Shown here: piece by piece, positions 7,832 to 17,294 of the stretch
Layout of the letters: every line of letters begins with the position of its first letter
Numbering within the stretch: the first letter of the stretch is position 1
Virus record (IMG/VR): IMGVR_UViG_3300010413_000029
Span: 1 to 62,833 of that record
Strand: one strand, 5' to 3'
Length of the DNA stretch: 62,833 nucleotides
DNA from: a virus
Lineage: Duplodnaviria; Caudoviricetes
Position numbers and translations under genes: made by a program
The notes under the pieces: generated by a model
What the model was told of the DNA's origin: nothing
Seen by the model: only the letters and a program-made list of their open reading frames with translations
Database searches by the model: none

Positions 7832-9954
7832 GGTACTAATTCCTCTCCAATTCCTTCATACTCCTCACCAAGAGCAAAGGCAATCCACTGACCACCAATC
7901 ACCAAATGCACATCCGAGAAATTCATCTCAAGCAATTGGCCAACGTCCACCTGAGTCTTGTCATCCTTTGGCAAATATGCCAATGTCATATGCGGGATGA
8001 AGCCATGCTCACGGTGATAGGGGATTCCATGCTGGTCCAGCGCATCCGTCAAGGATTGCCGAAAGGCTGGAAACTCAGGACTATCGAACAAGGCCACAAT
8101 CGGATCAGTGTCATTTTCGGAAACAAACCTGGCAACACCCTGCAACTTGGTCTTGATCGGTTTGGCATTCTCCGTGAAGTCAGCCAACGCATAGTCCACT
8201 CTTTTCATGTCCAAAGTACGGTAGTCACCCAGGTATGCTAGCGTGATGTGCAGGTCATCCTTGACATCATCAGACATGATCGGGTATTCCTTCTGCAATT
8301 CATCACGCAAGACATCAGGGATACGCAACGCAATCATGGCAGAGTTCTCGTTAGCTTTATGAAGCAAGATAGGGCCATACTGCGTATTCATGGTAACAGT
8401 GTAAGCATCAACATCATTCAAGCTATGACCTGGGGACAAAGCCTTCTTGATTTTGGCAGTATTGATGTGACTGTTCGCAGAAATAAGATTACTGGGAACT
8501 TTCCCAATATCTATCTTCTTTCCAGAAGGGTCTAAAAATTCACTATTGCCATTGCCATTGGGTGGGGGAGGTGGGGGTTGACTTAGCTTTTCTTGTATGG
8601 CAAGTAACTGGTCTGCTGGGATTTCATAATCAAGATACCGTTTCGCAAACTCGTCAAAAGGCATGATCATTTCAGGGGCATTTCCAGAGGCAGTATTAAT
8701 TGCCTGAGCATACTTGACAGCCAAGTCAGCATTTTCCAAATCAGTCAATTCAAACAAGGACGGCCAATGCACATTGTACTTCTCAGGGACATTCAAAATC
8801 CCCAATTCTCCCATACGTTTGATGAAGGGTCTCAGAATGTACGGCTCTGCAAAGTTCTTGCGTCTCCAATCAATGTAGTCCATGAAGTTGGCATCATCCT
8901 GAGAGCTTGCCAGATTGCCACGTTCCGAGCCAAGCAGGATGCGCTGGGGGATACGTTCACTCCCTGCAATGTACGCAACGATGACATCAAATTGCTCACG
9001 GCTATCTACTGGCTTTCCACCCAACTCCTGAATGTCCAATCCTTGCGCACGCACTACCCGACGAAGGTTGTGCTCCCACTCATCCCACTCCTCCTGCATG
9101 GCCTTGTATTCATTGGAGTCAACCTTGGGCATCGTAAAGCCTTCCACCGCCTTGAGTACCACGCCCTGATAGATTAGTTTCCAGAATGCTTCACTTCCAC
9201 CACCAACCACTTTCTCCAAATCATATAAGCGATTCAAGACCTTCTTGAGTCTTGGCACGCCATAGATGCGACCCAATCCCATCTTGCCAATGCCAGCCCG
9301 TTCCCGCCCTTCTTTCACATGGATGACACGCGAATAGTGTACAGCCAAGTCAGCACTTTCATTCTCATCAATTGAAACATAATAGCGAGTCGGCAATCCA
9401 AAGCGCGGGTTTTGCTTATCTGAAACCAACGACAATTCATCCACCCTGGCATTGCCCTCATCATGGGTGGTCACATACAGGATGTTATTGGATTTTCCAG
9501 ACACTTTTGTTTCTGGTTCCCCAGGCAATCCCAAGTACATCAATGCAAAACGAGAGATTCCACAGGAGCGGTCTACCTCATTGAACTGTGCCCACAGGTC
9601 TAGCCTGTCCACCAAATCTTCAAAGTCCTTCTGCAATTGGGTTGGCTCATCCAATTCATCAGCAGACTTCTGTCCTTCATCCAGTAAAATTGGGTGCTTG
9701 CGCCAAGTCTCGTCACTGACTGTATCAACAACGCGCGTACCCAATCCATCGCGCTCATAGATGTTCAAGTAATCCTGGAACTGCGGGGTTTTTGTGTACC
9801 CAAGAACAGAGTACAAATCACGTTCTCCCCCAAAGGATTGGCCTAGTGCACTGGCAAGGCCGGAGCGAGAGACAAGCGCAGAGTTCAATTTGATCTGGTT
9901 TTCCAGATGGTCAATCAACTCTGATTTCAACATTTTAGAATACGGTTTTTCCAT
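7828..9954 (-). CDS. Portal protein (DUF1073-like) fused to a C-terminal 2H phosphoesterase (Acb1 / 2'-5' RNA ligase-like)
   Basis: Follows terL; PRFGLP..Y, VHYSRVIH, IPQRILLGSERGNLASSQD; two HxT motifs LHITLAYLG and FIPHMTLAY after a poly-Pro linker; start inferred at MEKPY. Confidence 0.85.
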   Translation of the reverse strand: MEKPYSKMLKSELIDHLENQIKLNSALVSRSGLASALGQSFGGERDLYSVLGYTKTPQFQDYLNIYERDGLGTRVVDTVSDETWRKHPILLDEGQKSADELDEPTQLQKDFEDLVDRLDLWAQFNEVDRSCGISRFALMYLGLPGEPETKVSGKSNNILYVTTHDEGNARVDELSLVSDKQNPRFGLPTRYYVSIDENESADLAVHYSRVIHVKEGRERAGIGKMGLGRIYGVPRLKKVLNRLYDLEKVVGGGSEAFWKLIYQGVVLKAVEGFTMPKVDSNEYKAMQEEWDEWEHNLRRVVRAQGLDIQELGGKPVDSREQFDVIVAYIAGSERIPQRILLGSERGNLASSQDDANFMDYIDWRRKNFAEPYILRPFIKRMGELGILNVPEKYNVHWPSLFELTDLENADLAVKYAQAINTASGNAPEMIMPFDEFAKRYLDYEIPADQLLAIQEKLSQPPPPPPNGNGNSEFLDPSGKKIDIGKVPSNLISANSHINTAKIKKALSPGHSLNDVDAYTVTMNTQYGPILLHKANENSAMIALRIPDVLRDELQKEYPIMSDDVKDDLHITLAYLGDYRTLDMKRVDYALADFTENAKPIKTKLQGVARFVSENDTDPIVALFDSPEFPAFRQSLTDALDQHGIPYHREHGFIPHMTLAYLPKDDKTQVDVGQLLEMNFSDVHLVIGGQWIAFALGEEYEGIGEELVP

Positions 9955-9956
9955 GA

Positions 9957-11243
9957 TCACCTTCCAAACGTGCCTGCTGTATGGCTTCCACTCAATTCGG
10001 TGTATGCCCATACTTTAGCATCTAATCTATTGGGACTGGGGTCTCCAGGAACCCACATGCAAAGTTCATCTTCTAGTATTGGAAAAACGCCAACATGATG
10101 ATCACGCCCCTTTTCTGCAATAGCCGAAATAGGTTCTGCTCTAGTAGCTTTTCCACGGGAAGCCCATACAAGTTTCACTGGCACATTTCCAATAGTAGGA
10201 TCTTTTTGTCTAGCATTGATTATTGCTTGCTTTATGACTGATTGTACCATTTCTCCACCATTGTTTTTTTCAGCAACAATACAATCTGCCTTGTATCTAT
10301 GATAAGCGGTTATTGCAGCTTGTGCCCACTGTTCAGGACTTCCGTGCAAACTATCATCAGCCATTGTATAATAATCCTCATTTATTTTTCCTGCGGTGAT
10401 AATTCCTGCCTCATCACCACTGCTAGATGCAGTAGGGTCTACAGCAACAACAACCCGTGACAACTTTGGCGGAACTTTTACAACTCTGCAATCTTCTATT
10501 CCCCATAATATCTCATCGTTGACAAGAATGTTTCTACGCCTCCACAACGCACCCGGAGCTTCATCAATATCTTCTGCTTCGATTTCTTGTCTAATTGCCA
10601 AGGCCGTCATATCCATTGTAATATCGGACAAGGCAACCTTACTAATATAAGGATTATCGTGACTAGTAAAATGGAAGGCAGCCCATCTTCCGGTTTTGTC
10701 CTTTTTTGCCTTTTTCCACAGTTTTGCTGCATGTTGAGGGTCTCTTGCTTTGCTCACGCTGCGAGAATGTAGAGATGGGGGAGTATAAATAAATATGGCA
10801 TCTCCGTTATTATCTAATAACATCGGTGCACCAACTTCACTCCATGCTGTTTCGTCCATCAATTGAAATTCATCTAAAATAAGTACATCCGCATAATCAC
10901 CGCGCAAGGTATCAGCATTCCAGGCAGTCTTTGCTCGTATTCGCTGTTCTGTTCCACGTAATTCAATAATATGCCTAGTCTCGTTCTTGTAATATGCCCC
11001 CGCTTCTATTGGCTCATAAAGCGCTTTGAGTGTTTCCGTCCAAAATCTGTCAATCTGGTCTTGCGTAGGAGCAGCATAAAGCACCCTTCGGCCCTCTAAG
11101 AACTTTTCAAGACCTAAAATTGCCATTCCTACTGTCTTTCCCCCACGTCTGCCAGCACGAACAATTTTTCGTTTTGCTGAATGGTCAATAAATTGACGCT
11201 GTTTTTCATGGGGATTCGGAATCGTTACTGTTATGGTCTGCAT
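9957..11243 (-). CDS. terL: Terminase large subunit
   Basis: PHEKQ, Walker A AGRRGGKT, LRG, Walker B ILDE, nuclease motifs VAVDP, AEKNNGG, SPNRLDA. Confidence 0.95.
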   Translation of the reverse strand: MQTITVTIPNPHEKQRQFIDHSAKRKIVRAGRRGGKTVGMAILGLEKFLEGRRVLYAAPTQDQIDRFWTETLKALYEPIEAGAYYKNETRHIIELRGTEQRIRAKTAWNADTLRGDYADVLILDEFQLMDETAWSEVGAPMLLDNNGDAIFIYTPPSLHSRSVSKARDPQHAAKLWKKAKKDKTGRWAAFHFTSHDNPYISKVALSDITMDMTALAIRQEIEAEDIDEAPGALWRRRNILVNDEILWGIEDCRVVKVPPKLSRVVVAVDPTASSSGDEAGIITAGKINEDYYTMADDSLHGSPEQWAQAAITAYHRYKADCIVAEKNNGGEMVQSVIKQAIINARQKDPTIGNVPVKLVWASRGKATRAEPISAIAEKGRDHHVGVFPILEDELCMWVPGDPSPNRLDAKVWAYTELSGSHTAGTFGR

Positions 11244-11721
11244 ATTTCACAACGATTTCAATTTTTCCACTATTGTCAACATCTGCCTTCTGTATTCTTC
11301 CCCCCGTTTCCTTCGCAATATCATCTAAAAGTCCACGATACGTTTCAAATTCGCTTCGATTGAATTCCTCATATTCTACCTCACGGGCATTCAATCCATT
11401 TCCAATACTTTTGACTTGTGGTAACCAGATAGCATCACGATCTCCACTCAAAATATCAAGCTCGATTACCTTCGCTAATTGCTGTAACTTCATAACACGA
11501 TTGGCAACAATCGCCAATCCTTGATTCAAGGCTTCATGTTCAGATTTCTTCCGCAAGTCCTCAATCTCTACCGCACGACTCTTGCGATATTGATCTACAT
11601 TCTGACGAGTAACCTTGAAAGGTTCCTCGAAGTTAGCTGCTCTTGCGTTGATTTCGTCTGAGAGAAGCCCTTCGGCTATCCACCGAAGCAGGGCTTCCTT
11701 TTGAGATTTTTTTAGTCTCAT
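11206..11721 (-). CDS. Probable terminase small subunit
   Basis: Overlaps the terL start; N-terminal HTH-like region, central helices, IAKETGGR and beta-strand tail. Confidence 0.65.
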   Translation of the reverse strand: MRLKKSQKEALLRWIAEGLLSDEINARAANFEEPFKVTRQNVDQYRKSRAVEIEDLRKKSEHEALNQGLAIVANRVMKLQQLAKVIELDILSGDRDAIWLPQVKSIGNGLNAREVEYEEFNRSEFETYRGLLDDIAKETGGRIQKADVDNSGKIEIVVKYADHNSNDSESP

Positions 11722-11724
11722 TTT

Positions 11725-12309
11725 TTAGCTCTTCACGTCAAGTTCCGTCAAGTTTTTCTTCAATTGCGAGAAAAAAGTCTCTTTAGGTAAGGCAATATTG
11801 ACACCACAAAAATTCAATATCATTTCGATTTCATCATCGGAAAATGTAAACCACTCTCTTAAGTAATTTCTATCCGAAAATCTATCATGTATAAATTTCT
11901 CTAAGGATTCTGCATATTCAGTTTCTAAATAACCTATAAGCTCCAAATTCTGAGGACAAGAAGTCTGCAAAGTTCCCATTCTTGTTCTCACATTAGATGT
12001 AATGCCAATTTTTACCAAACCTTTGAACTCTTCTCTAATAAAATATAAGAATTTTTTCTTTCTATTTTTTATAATTTTTGGGGAATTTTCCCATTTGATA
12101 TGCCATTCATTGTGCAATTCTTGTTCAGATAATTTTCGTATTTTAGCAAAAGTTGAGAAGTAATTTTTTCTATACTGGTCAACATTCTGGCGTGTCACTT
12201 TGAAGGGAGGGGTGAAACGAGATGCTTTATCGTTTATCTCGTCTGACATTAATCCTTCGCCTATCCATTCCAGTAGGGCTTCTTTTTGTCTCTTCTTGAG
12301 TCTTTTCAT
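11725..12309 (-). CDS. GIY-YIG / T5orf172-type nuclease with a TerS-like N-terminus
   Basis: FLYFI...VKIGITSNV..RM..LQT, LEKFIH, REWF; first ~48 aa resemble the next gene. Confidence 0.8.
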   Translation of the reverse strand: MKRLKKRQKEALLEWIGEGLMSDEINDKASRFTPPFKVTRQNVDQYRKNYFSTFAKIRKLSEQELHNEWHIKWENSPKIIKNRKKKFLYFIREEFKGLVKIGITSNVRTRMGTLQTSCPQNLELIGYLETEYAESLEKFIHDRFSDRNYLREWFTFSDDEIEMILNFCGVNIALPKETFFSQLKKNLTELDVKS

Positions 12310-12517
12310 AATTATGCTCCGTCAATAATTCTTCTACTGTTATTTTCAATCGTTTGCCAGTCATAGTAAGCAATCGTACCGCATCAGGGGATACTTTCAG
12401 ATTGCAATCCATCTTGATACGCAACAAATCCCCATCTCCTGAAACAGTAAGTGCTGTTTGGATTGGGGGAAGGTATGCCAAAAACTCTATTTTATTGTCC
12501 GATGGGGTGTCTGCCAT
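12227..12517 (-). CDS. Hypothetical protein
   Basis: ORF in the packaging operon. Confidence 0.55.
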   Translation of the reverse strand: MADTPSDNKIEFLAYLPPIQTALTVSGDGDLLRIKMDCNLKVSPDAVRLLTMTGKRLKITVEELLTEHNYEKTQEETKRSPTGMDRRRINVRRDKR

Positions 12518-12572
12518 ATTTCGCTTCTCTTAGAAAGTCAATTGGTCGGGTTCCCTGAGAACAGTATACGGC

Positions 12573-12604
12573 AAAACAAAGAGCCACGCAAGATATGTGG
12601 CTCT
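12573..12604 (-). terminator. Intrinsic terminator
   Basis: AGAGCCAC-N9-GTGGCTCT hairpin followed by TTGTTTT on the minus strand. Confidence 0.6.
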
Positions 12605-12624
12605 ATTGGGGGAGAGAAACGATT

Positions 12625-12912
12625 TTATAGTTTAGCCTTCCACCCTAATTCGACTGTATTTGTCTGACAATTATTAAGTGGGGCAGGGGAGTTGCTTTCA
12701 ATTCCTTCAAGCCGTAGAATACAGGCATTCACGATTTTAGCAGGCCAATCACAATTTGATTTTGTCCTAATTCCAGAGAAATGATCGCGCCAAAAAATAA
12801 GTTCTTTTTCGGTCATCAGGGGGATTCTCTTGTAAATATGGTTCATTTTCATGCTTCGGATAATCTTTCTTATCGGCATCAATAATGTTATTGATGCAAT
12901 ATAACCAATCAC
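12625..12912 (-). CDS. Hypothetical protein
   Basis: ORF coupled to the upstream gene. Confidence 0.45.
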   Translation of the reverse strand: MIGYIASITLLMPIRKIIRSMKMNHIYKRIPLMTEKELIFWRDHFSGIRTKSNCDWPAKIVNACILRLEGIESNSPAPLNNCQTNTVELGWKAKL

Positions 12913-13478
12913 TTATATTCACCTACTTTTTGCATGAGCCAAATCTCATCATAACCATAAGGCCATCTAGCCAACCTACCTTTTGTCTTTAAATAGAATT
13001 CTGTTTTGGCTGAACTAATATATCCAACTTCTAACGGAAAATGTCCCTCACAATTCAAAACAACCATTTCTCTGGTTTCCAAATTACGCATATCAAATTC
13101 TATTGAGGAATCTATATAAATATATCCATCTTCATCTTGATTTCCTCCCCAAAATTCTCCTGAAAACGGATAGCCTAATTTTTTTAGAATTTTATTGTTT
13201 TCCTTTATGTGATGATCTTTATTAGGCATATCTCCTATAAAAATTCTGGCAACAACTACCTCTGCATTGCACATCCATCCCCATACAGTTGAAAATGAAT
13301 AAGCATCATATAAATCAAATTTTCCAAGGCGTTCCCATTTTTGACAGATCACATCAACATCATGGAAATATCCTGAACGCATTTTTCTTACGTATTCTGA
13401 TAAAACTATCATCCAATCAGTATCTTCCATGAGATTATCAACTTGTTTTTTTATAGTATTCTCTAATATTGTTGGCAT
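12909..13478 (-). CDS. Hypothetical protein (AT-rich)
   Basis: GAGGAG RBS before ATG 13478; has its own promoter and structured leader. Confidence 0.65.
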   Translation of the reverse strand: MPTILENTIKKQVDNLMEDTDWMIVLSEYVRKMRSGYFHDVDVICQKWERLGKFDLYDAYSFSTVWGWMCNAEVVVARIFIGDMPNKDHHIKENNKILKKLGYPFSGEFWGGNQDEDGYIYIDSSIEFDMRNLETREMVVLNCEGHFPLEVGYISSAKTEFYLKTKGRLARWPYGYDEIWLMQKVGEYK

Positions 13479-13634
13479 ATTTGCTCTCCTCAAAAATAAA
13501 CAGCCGCCTTCTACTTTTCGCTGACTGTTGTCACACAGGCCAAGGCTTTAGTAGAAAAGCGGCTATTTATAGCGAAACAAAAAGCCTTCCTGTGTGACAA
13601 GATTTATTTTATCACATGTAAGGCCATTAGACAA
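13479..13634 (-). ncRNA. Promoter plus structured self-complementary leader RNA
   Basis: TTGTCT-17-TAAAAT; 5' element 13600-13581 is complementary to 13549-13528 inside the stem 13568-13550 / 13515-13498; then U-tract and RBS. Confidence 0.65.
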
Positions 13635-13764
13635 TATCAGATTAATTATCAAAAGCAAGAACTTGAAACAAAAAATCACTTGCTCCCTTTTATAACAATT
13701 TGCCTTGTGTAGCATTCTCAAAACTTGGTTTCTCCATCTACAATTGCAAGTGTGTTCATAGAAC

Positions 13765-14586
13765 CTACTCCACATCTCCAAAACGATATGCCCAATAATA
13801 ATATCCGCCAGCAATGAAAACAATCACAATAATGTAGTAAACAACATTGAAAACTGTAATTGATCGCTCATAGTAAGCAATCGAAGCAGCAATCCCCTGC
13901 TCATAATAGATGTCTATTTTTTGGTGTGGATTGGCAGGATTTGAGATGCCTCCATTAAAAAATCTGACAAACATTGTCGCATAAAATTGAGATGGCAAGG
14001 TAAGATAATAGTATCGAAGGTCTCCCTCGCTTTCCCACCAATCACCATTTTGGTACAAATAACTACCTCGTATCCACCCAACATACGACTGGCTGACAGT
14101 GTTCTTATCCAAATGCACTTTATCCTGCCAAGATATGCCCAAAATCGAAGAAGGAAACTGCTCTCCAAGATACATAAACTGATCTGCTACAGTTTCATCA
14201 CGTCGATAAGTATCCCATGTGTAGTACACCTCAGTCCGATAGCTTTCGCAATGCCCATCTTTGTCATAGGAATTGCAAACTTGCCGTGTGTGCATTGTAT
14301 ATCTTTCTGTCACGCGTTGGACCAAACCATATGTGCCAGATAACTCTGGTACACCAACCGGAACAACCGCAGTAAGTTGCCCATATGATAAGACGTTGCC
14401 AACCTCGGTCTTATGAGCATACTGAAACATGGTTGTATCATCATCAACTTGCAATGCTGTCCTCATCTTCCCAAGTTCGTCATACATAGAATCGGTCAAA
14501 AATGGGTTGATGAATATCGCAAACGCAAGCGCCAGGATCACAACAACAACACTGATGAGGAATTCTTTCAGTGAAATGTTACCCAT
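13765..14586 (-). CDS. Membrane protein (N- and C-terminal TM), LemA-associated
   Basis: Hydrophobic termini; adjacent to the LemA gene. Confidence 0.7.
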   Translation of the reverse strand: MGNISLKEFLISVVVVILALAFAIFINPFLTDSMYDELGKMRTALQVDDDTTMFQYAHKTEVGNVLSYGQLTAVVPVGVPELSGTYGLVQRVTERYTMHTRQVCNSYDKDGHCESYRTEVYYTWDTYRRDETVADQFMYLGEQFPSSILGISWQDKVHLDKNTVSQSYVGWIRGSYLYQNGDWWESEGDLRYYYLTLPSQFYATMFVRFFNGGISNPANPHQKIDIYYEQGIAASIAYYERSITVFNVVYYIIVIVFIAGGYYYWAYRFGDVE

Positions 14587-14589
14587 CGC

Positions 14590-15138
14590 TCACTCCGAAA
14601 ATAACTCGTCAGGCAACGTTGTTTCACTTCTATCGAAGGAAAGATATTTATAGTCGATGACCTCATGTCCAGTTGTACGTAAAAACACTCTGGCTGGGAA
14701 GCGCCTTACAAATCGTTTATAGTCGCGGACATCAGCATTGTAAGCATCACGATAGTTTGTAACCAAGTTCTCAGATAAGCTCATCTCAGTCATTAGCTGG
14801 ATATAGGTTTCGTTGGCTTTCAAGTCTGGATATGATTCCGCAACTGCATTCAAATAAAACTGTGCTTGCTGATCGTTTCCAGAATCAACGGCTGACCGTA
14901 ACTGTGCGATGGATGTCTGAACACCAGACTCGTATCTGCTAGCCTGCTCTACAACCTGGACAAGCTGCAAAATGAGATCATGCTGCCTTTTCTCCTGCAC
15001 AGTGATACCAGCTTTCGATTGGCTGATTCTTTCCTCCAAGCCAATTGCATGGTTTTCTACAGCAATTACCCATACAGCCATCAACACTGCGATAGAAATT
15101 GCAATTCCAATCAAGATTTTGTTGGTAGAAATATTCAT
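14590..15138 (-). CDS. lemA: LemA family protein
   Basis: N-terminal TM; KRQHDLILQLV, AVAESYPDLKANE.Y..LM.E...EN....R..YN..V..Y...V..FP. Confidence 0.9.
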   Translation of the reverse strand: MNISTNKILIGIAISIAVLMAVWVIAVENHAIGLEERISQSKAGITVQEKRQHDLILQLVQVVEQASRYESGVQTSIAQLRSAVDSGNDQQAQFYLNAVAESYPDLKANETYIQLMTEMSLSENLVTNYRDAYNADVRDYKRFVRRFPARVFLRTTGHEVIDYKYLSFDRSETTLPDELFSE

Positions 15139-15204
15139 TTTTTATTCTCCTTAGAACAATTTGGTTATTAGAGTTGAGATCAAATCGCTAGTTGCCATAT
15201 ACAA

Positions 15205-15717
15205 TTACCTTACGATATTTCTCATCTTCTTGAGTTCATATACCCTATCAATAGCCCGTTTACATGCACCCAATAAGTCATCATCAAGAATCTTTTCCCA
15301 TGCCATCGTTGCGCTAATCCCCTGCTTCATCAAGGATGCTTGCAAACGCACCATGAACCCATCAGGATCGGAACGAACTACAAACGCAACCTCATCTCCA
15401 CTGGCATAATTTCCCTTGAGCAGAAGGTCATCATCGCGGAAGTCAAACGCATTGCGAATCATTTCGTTGACAGGTTCCTGTGAACCATATTTATCATTCA
15501 ATTGGTGAAGATAGTCAATGTCGATCATGACCACAAACTTATCCCCTGTCAATTTGCGGTGTTCTAGTTCTAACGCCTGCCTCGTCAACGTTCCATAATT
15601 TTTGTTGAAACGCAAATGTTCATTTTCAGCACGGAGACGTTCAATCTCCCGGATAGCATCGTCAATGGCATCAACATACGTTTCAGGGTCATTGAGCCTA
15701 TCAATAATATCAGTCAT
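15205..15717 (-). CDS. GGDEF-like (diguanylate cyclase-type) protein with N-terminal coiled coil
   Basis: YGTLTRQA, MIDIDYLHQLNDKYG, signature variant SGDEV. Confidence 0.7.
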   Translation of the reverse strand: MTDIIDRLNDPETYVDAIDDAIREIERLRAENEHLRFNKNYGTLTRQALELEHRKLTGDKFVVMIDIDYLHQLNDKYGSQEPVNEMIRNAFDFRDDDLLLKGNYASGDEVAFVVRSDPDGFMVRLQASLMKQGISATMAWEKILDDDLLGACKRAIDRVYELKKMRNIVR

Positions 15718-15729
15718 TAGGGAATACTC

Positions 15730-15972
15730 CTACACTAAACGAATCCACGCAAGATTGATCTGAACAAACAATAAACAAATGTCAACGGAAATGAACCCAT
15801 CTTTTACAACATGACCCAAATGGAGCCAATGGTATCCTTTGAAACCATCCAAATCCTCAGTATAGTAAAGCTCATTGGAAAAACCAATGGAAAAGACAAA
15901 TTTGCCAAACAAGATAAACTGAAATCGAATTTCGTCAGGTTCTCGAATGATTTTCATCACATCACCACACAT
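15730..15972 (-). CDS. Hypothetical protein
   Basis: ORF in a tightly packed operon. Confidence 0.45.
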   Translation of the reverse strand: MCGDVMKIIREPDEIRFQFILFGKFVFSIGFSNELYYTEDLDGFKGYHWLHLGHVVKDGFISVDICLLFVQINLAWIRLV

Positions 15973-16240
15973 GCAGCACTTTGGCTATATCGAGATTCTT
16001 GATGTCATCCAACTCTTTCTGGAAGTCATCATCATGTTGACGGGTCACTTTCCCATTTCCAAACGTGACCAACTTGTAGCATTTTGGACAACGCAAGATG
16101 TCAACAGAGTAAATTCGATAAGGCACACCATTCCAAGCAGTCAACTCCACAATGGTTATGCCAATTTCATGAACATACATCACTCGCTGACAATCAACAC
16201 AAATCGGGGGCATGGTTATTTCAGTCATCATTCCCTCCAA
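15962..16240 (-). CDS. Hypothetical Zn-ribbon protein
   Basis: CVDC...CPKC. Confidence 0.55.
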   Translation of the reverse strand: MEGMMTEITMPPICVDCQRVMYVHEIGITIVELTAWNGVPYRIYSVDILRCPKCYKLVTFGNGKVTRQHDDDFQKELDDIKNLDIAKVLHVW

Positions 16241-16524
16241 ACAAATTCAAACTCAAACTGTTGCGCATCTTGATATTCACGCTTCATCAAGAACAATGAC
16301 TTGAATTCCTGATGACTTCTTACTGCTTTCTCCTCGTCAGTGACCTCAAGCAGAATTGCCAACGCAGACTGAGCAGGGCCAGAGCCACCATAACCAGCAT
16401 TGAATCCATCTGGACTATGATTCCAAGCCTTTTGGCTCTTGGAAGGGTCAAGCTCTTTCCCATCCAAGAATAACTTCAACTTTCCATTTTTGCGAATACC
16501 AACTACTTGATGTTTTGTTTCCAT
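16228..16524 (-). CDS. DUF6166-like protein
   Basis: NHSPDGFNAGYGGSGPAQSALAILL motif. Confidence 0.7.
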   Translation of the reverse strand: METKHQVVGIRKNGKLKLFLDGKELDPSKSQKAWNHSPDGFNAGYGGSGPAQSALAILLEVTDEEKAVRSHQEFKSLFLMKREYQDAQQFEFEFVWRE

Positions 16525-16745
16525 CACTCCACGAATACCTTTCTCAAGTCCTTCGCTTGAAACGTCCAATATTCTACATAGGTATTGAAACTTGCATCAC
16601 CATCCCCTTCAAAGCACACAGCCATTGGGCGATCTAAGAGATACACACCATACTTGCGAATGTGCTTCTCAATGACTGCCAAACCTTCGCAGCGTCGAAC
16701 ACGAACAATATCACCTTTTGTTAACTTCTGCTTTTTTGCCATCAA
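16524..16745 (-). CDS. Small hypothetical protein (SH3/KOW-like)
   Basis: KGDIVRV; AGGAGA RBS. Confidence 0.55.
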   Translation of the reverse strand: MMAKKQKLTKGDIVRVRRCEGLAVIEKHIRKYGVYLLDRPMAVCFEGDGDASFNTYVEYWTFQAKDLRKVFVE

Positions 16746-16768
16746 ATTCTCCTACTTTCTTTCAGGGT

Positions 16769-16853
16769 TGGATGCACCCTCATTCTAATGTATCAGTCCC
16801 CAGATGTCAAGGGAGTTACAGGTTGATTTTTATCCCGTAATTATAGCGCGGGA
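16769..16853 (-). promoter_or_regulatory. Conserved phage promoter module with upstream 28-bp hairpin repeat
   Basis: TTGACA(16810-16805)-17-TAGAAT, leader CATCCA; 16826-16853 is 26/28 identical to 35063-35090. Confidence 0.8.
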
Positions 16854-17294
16854 CCTTCCTTCATCCCTGAAATCAATCCGAGTCCGACACTGAGCACACG
16901 GGAACAAGCGATTGATCTCAAAGTTCATCCGTCCCTCATAACCGCATTTTGGGCAATGATACTCATCACTCCCCTGCCTGGCTTCCATCCAGATTTTTGC
17001 AATTGTGAACTTGGCACGCTGGATGACACCCCGATTAGCAAAACGCTGCTCACGATCAAGGTAGGATTGGGCATTGATGAAATGCAATCTCAACACAAGG
17101 TTGTCATGAATGTTATTGACAGCCTGACAGGTTTCCATGCTTTTCTCCAATCCATTCCGAGCCTTGAAGATGATGTCATCATACTCAGCCAGAACACCAG
17201 CATCCATCCCCTGGGGATATTGGACTTTGTAGCTCTTGCCGTCAACAATCACAGTCTTGGGAAAGTTCTCAATAATTTGCTGGGATGCGTTCAT
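16830..17294 (-). CDS. Hypothetical protein with C-terminal Zn ribbon
   Basis: CPKCG...CAQC. Confidence 0.6.
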   Translation of the reverse strand: MNASQQIIENFPKTVIVDGKSYKVQYPQGMDAGVLAEYDDIIFKARNGLEKSMETCQAVNNIHDNLVLRLHFINAQSYLDREQRFANRGVIQRAKFTIAKIWMEARQGSDEYHCPKCGYEGRMNFEINRLFPCAQCRTRIDFRDEGRSRAIITG

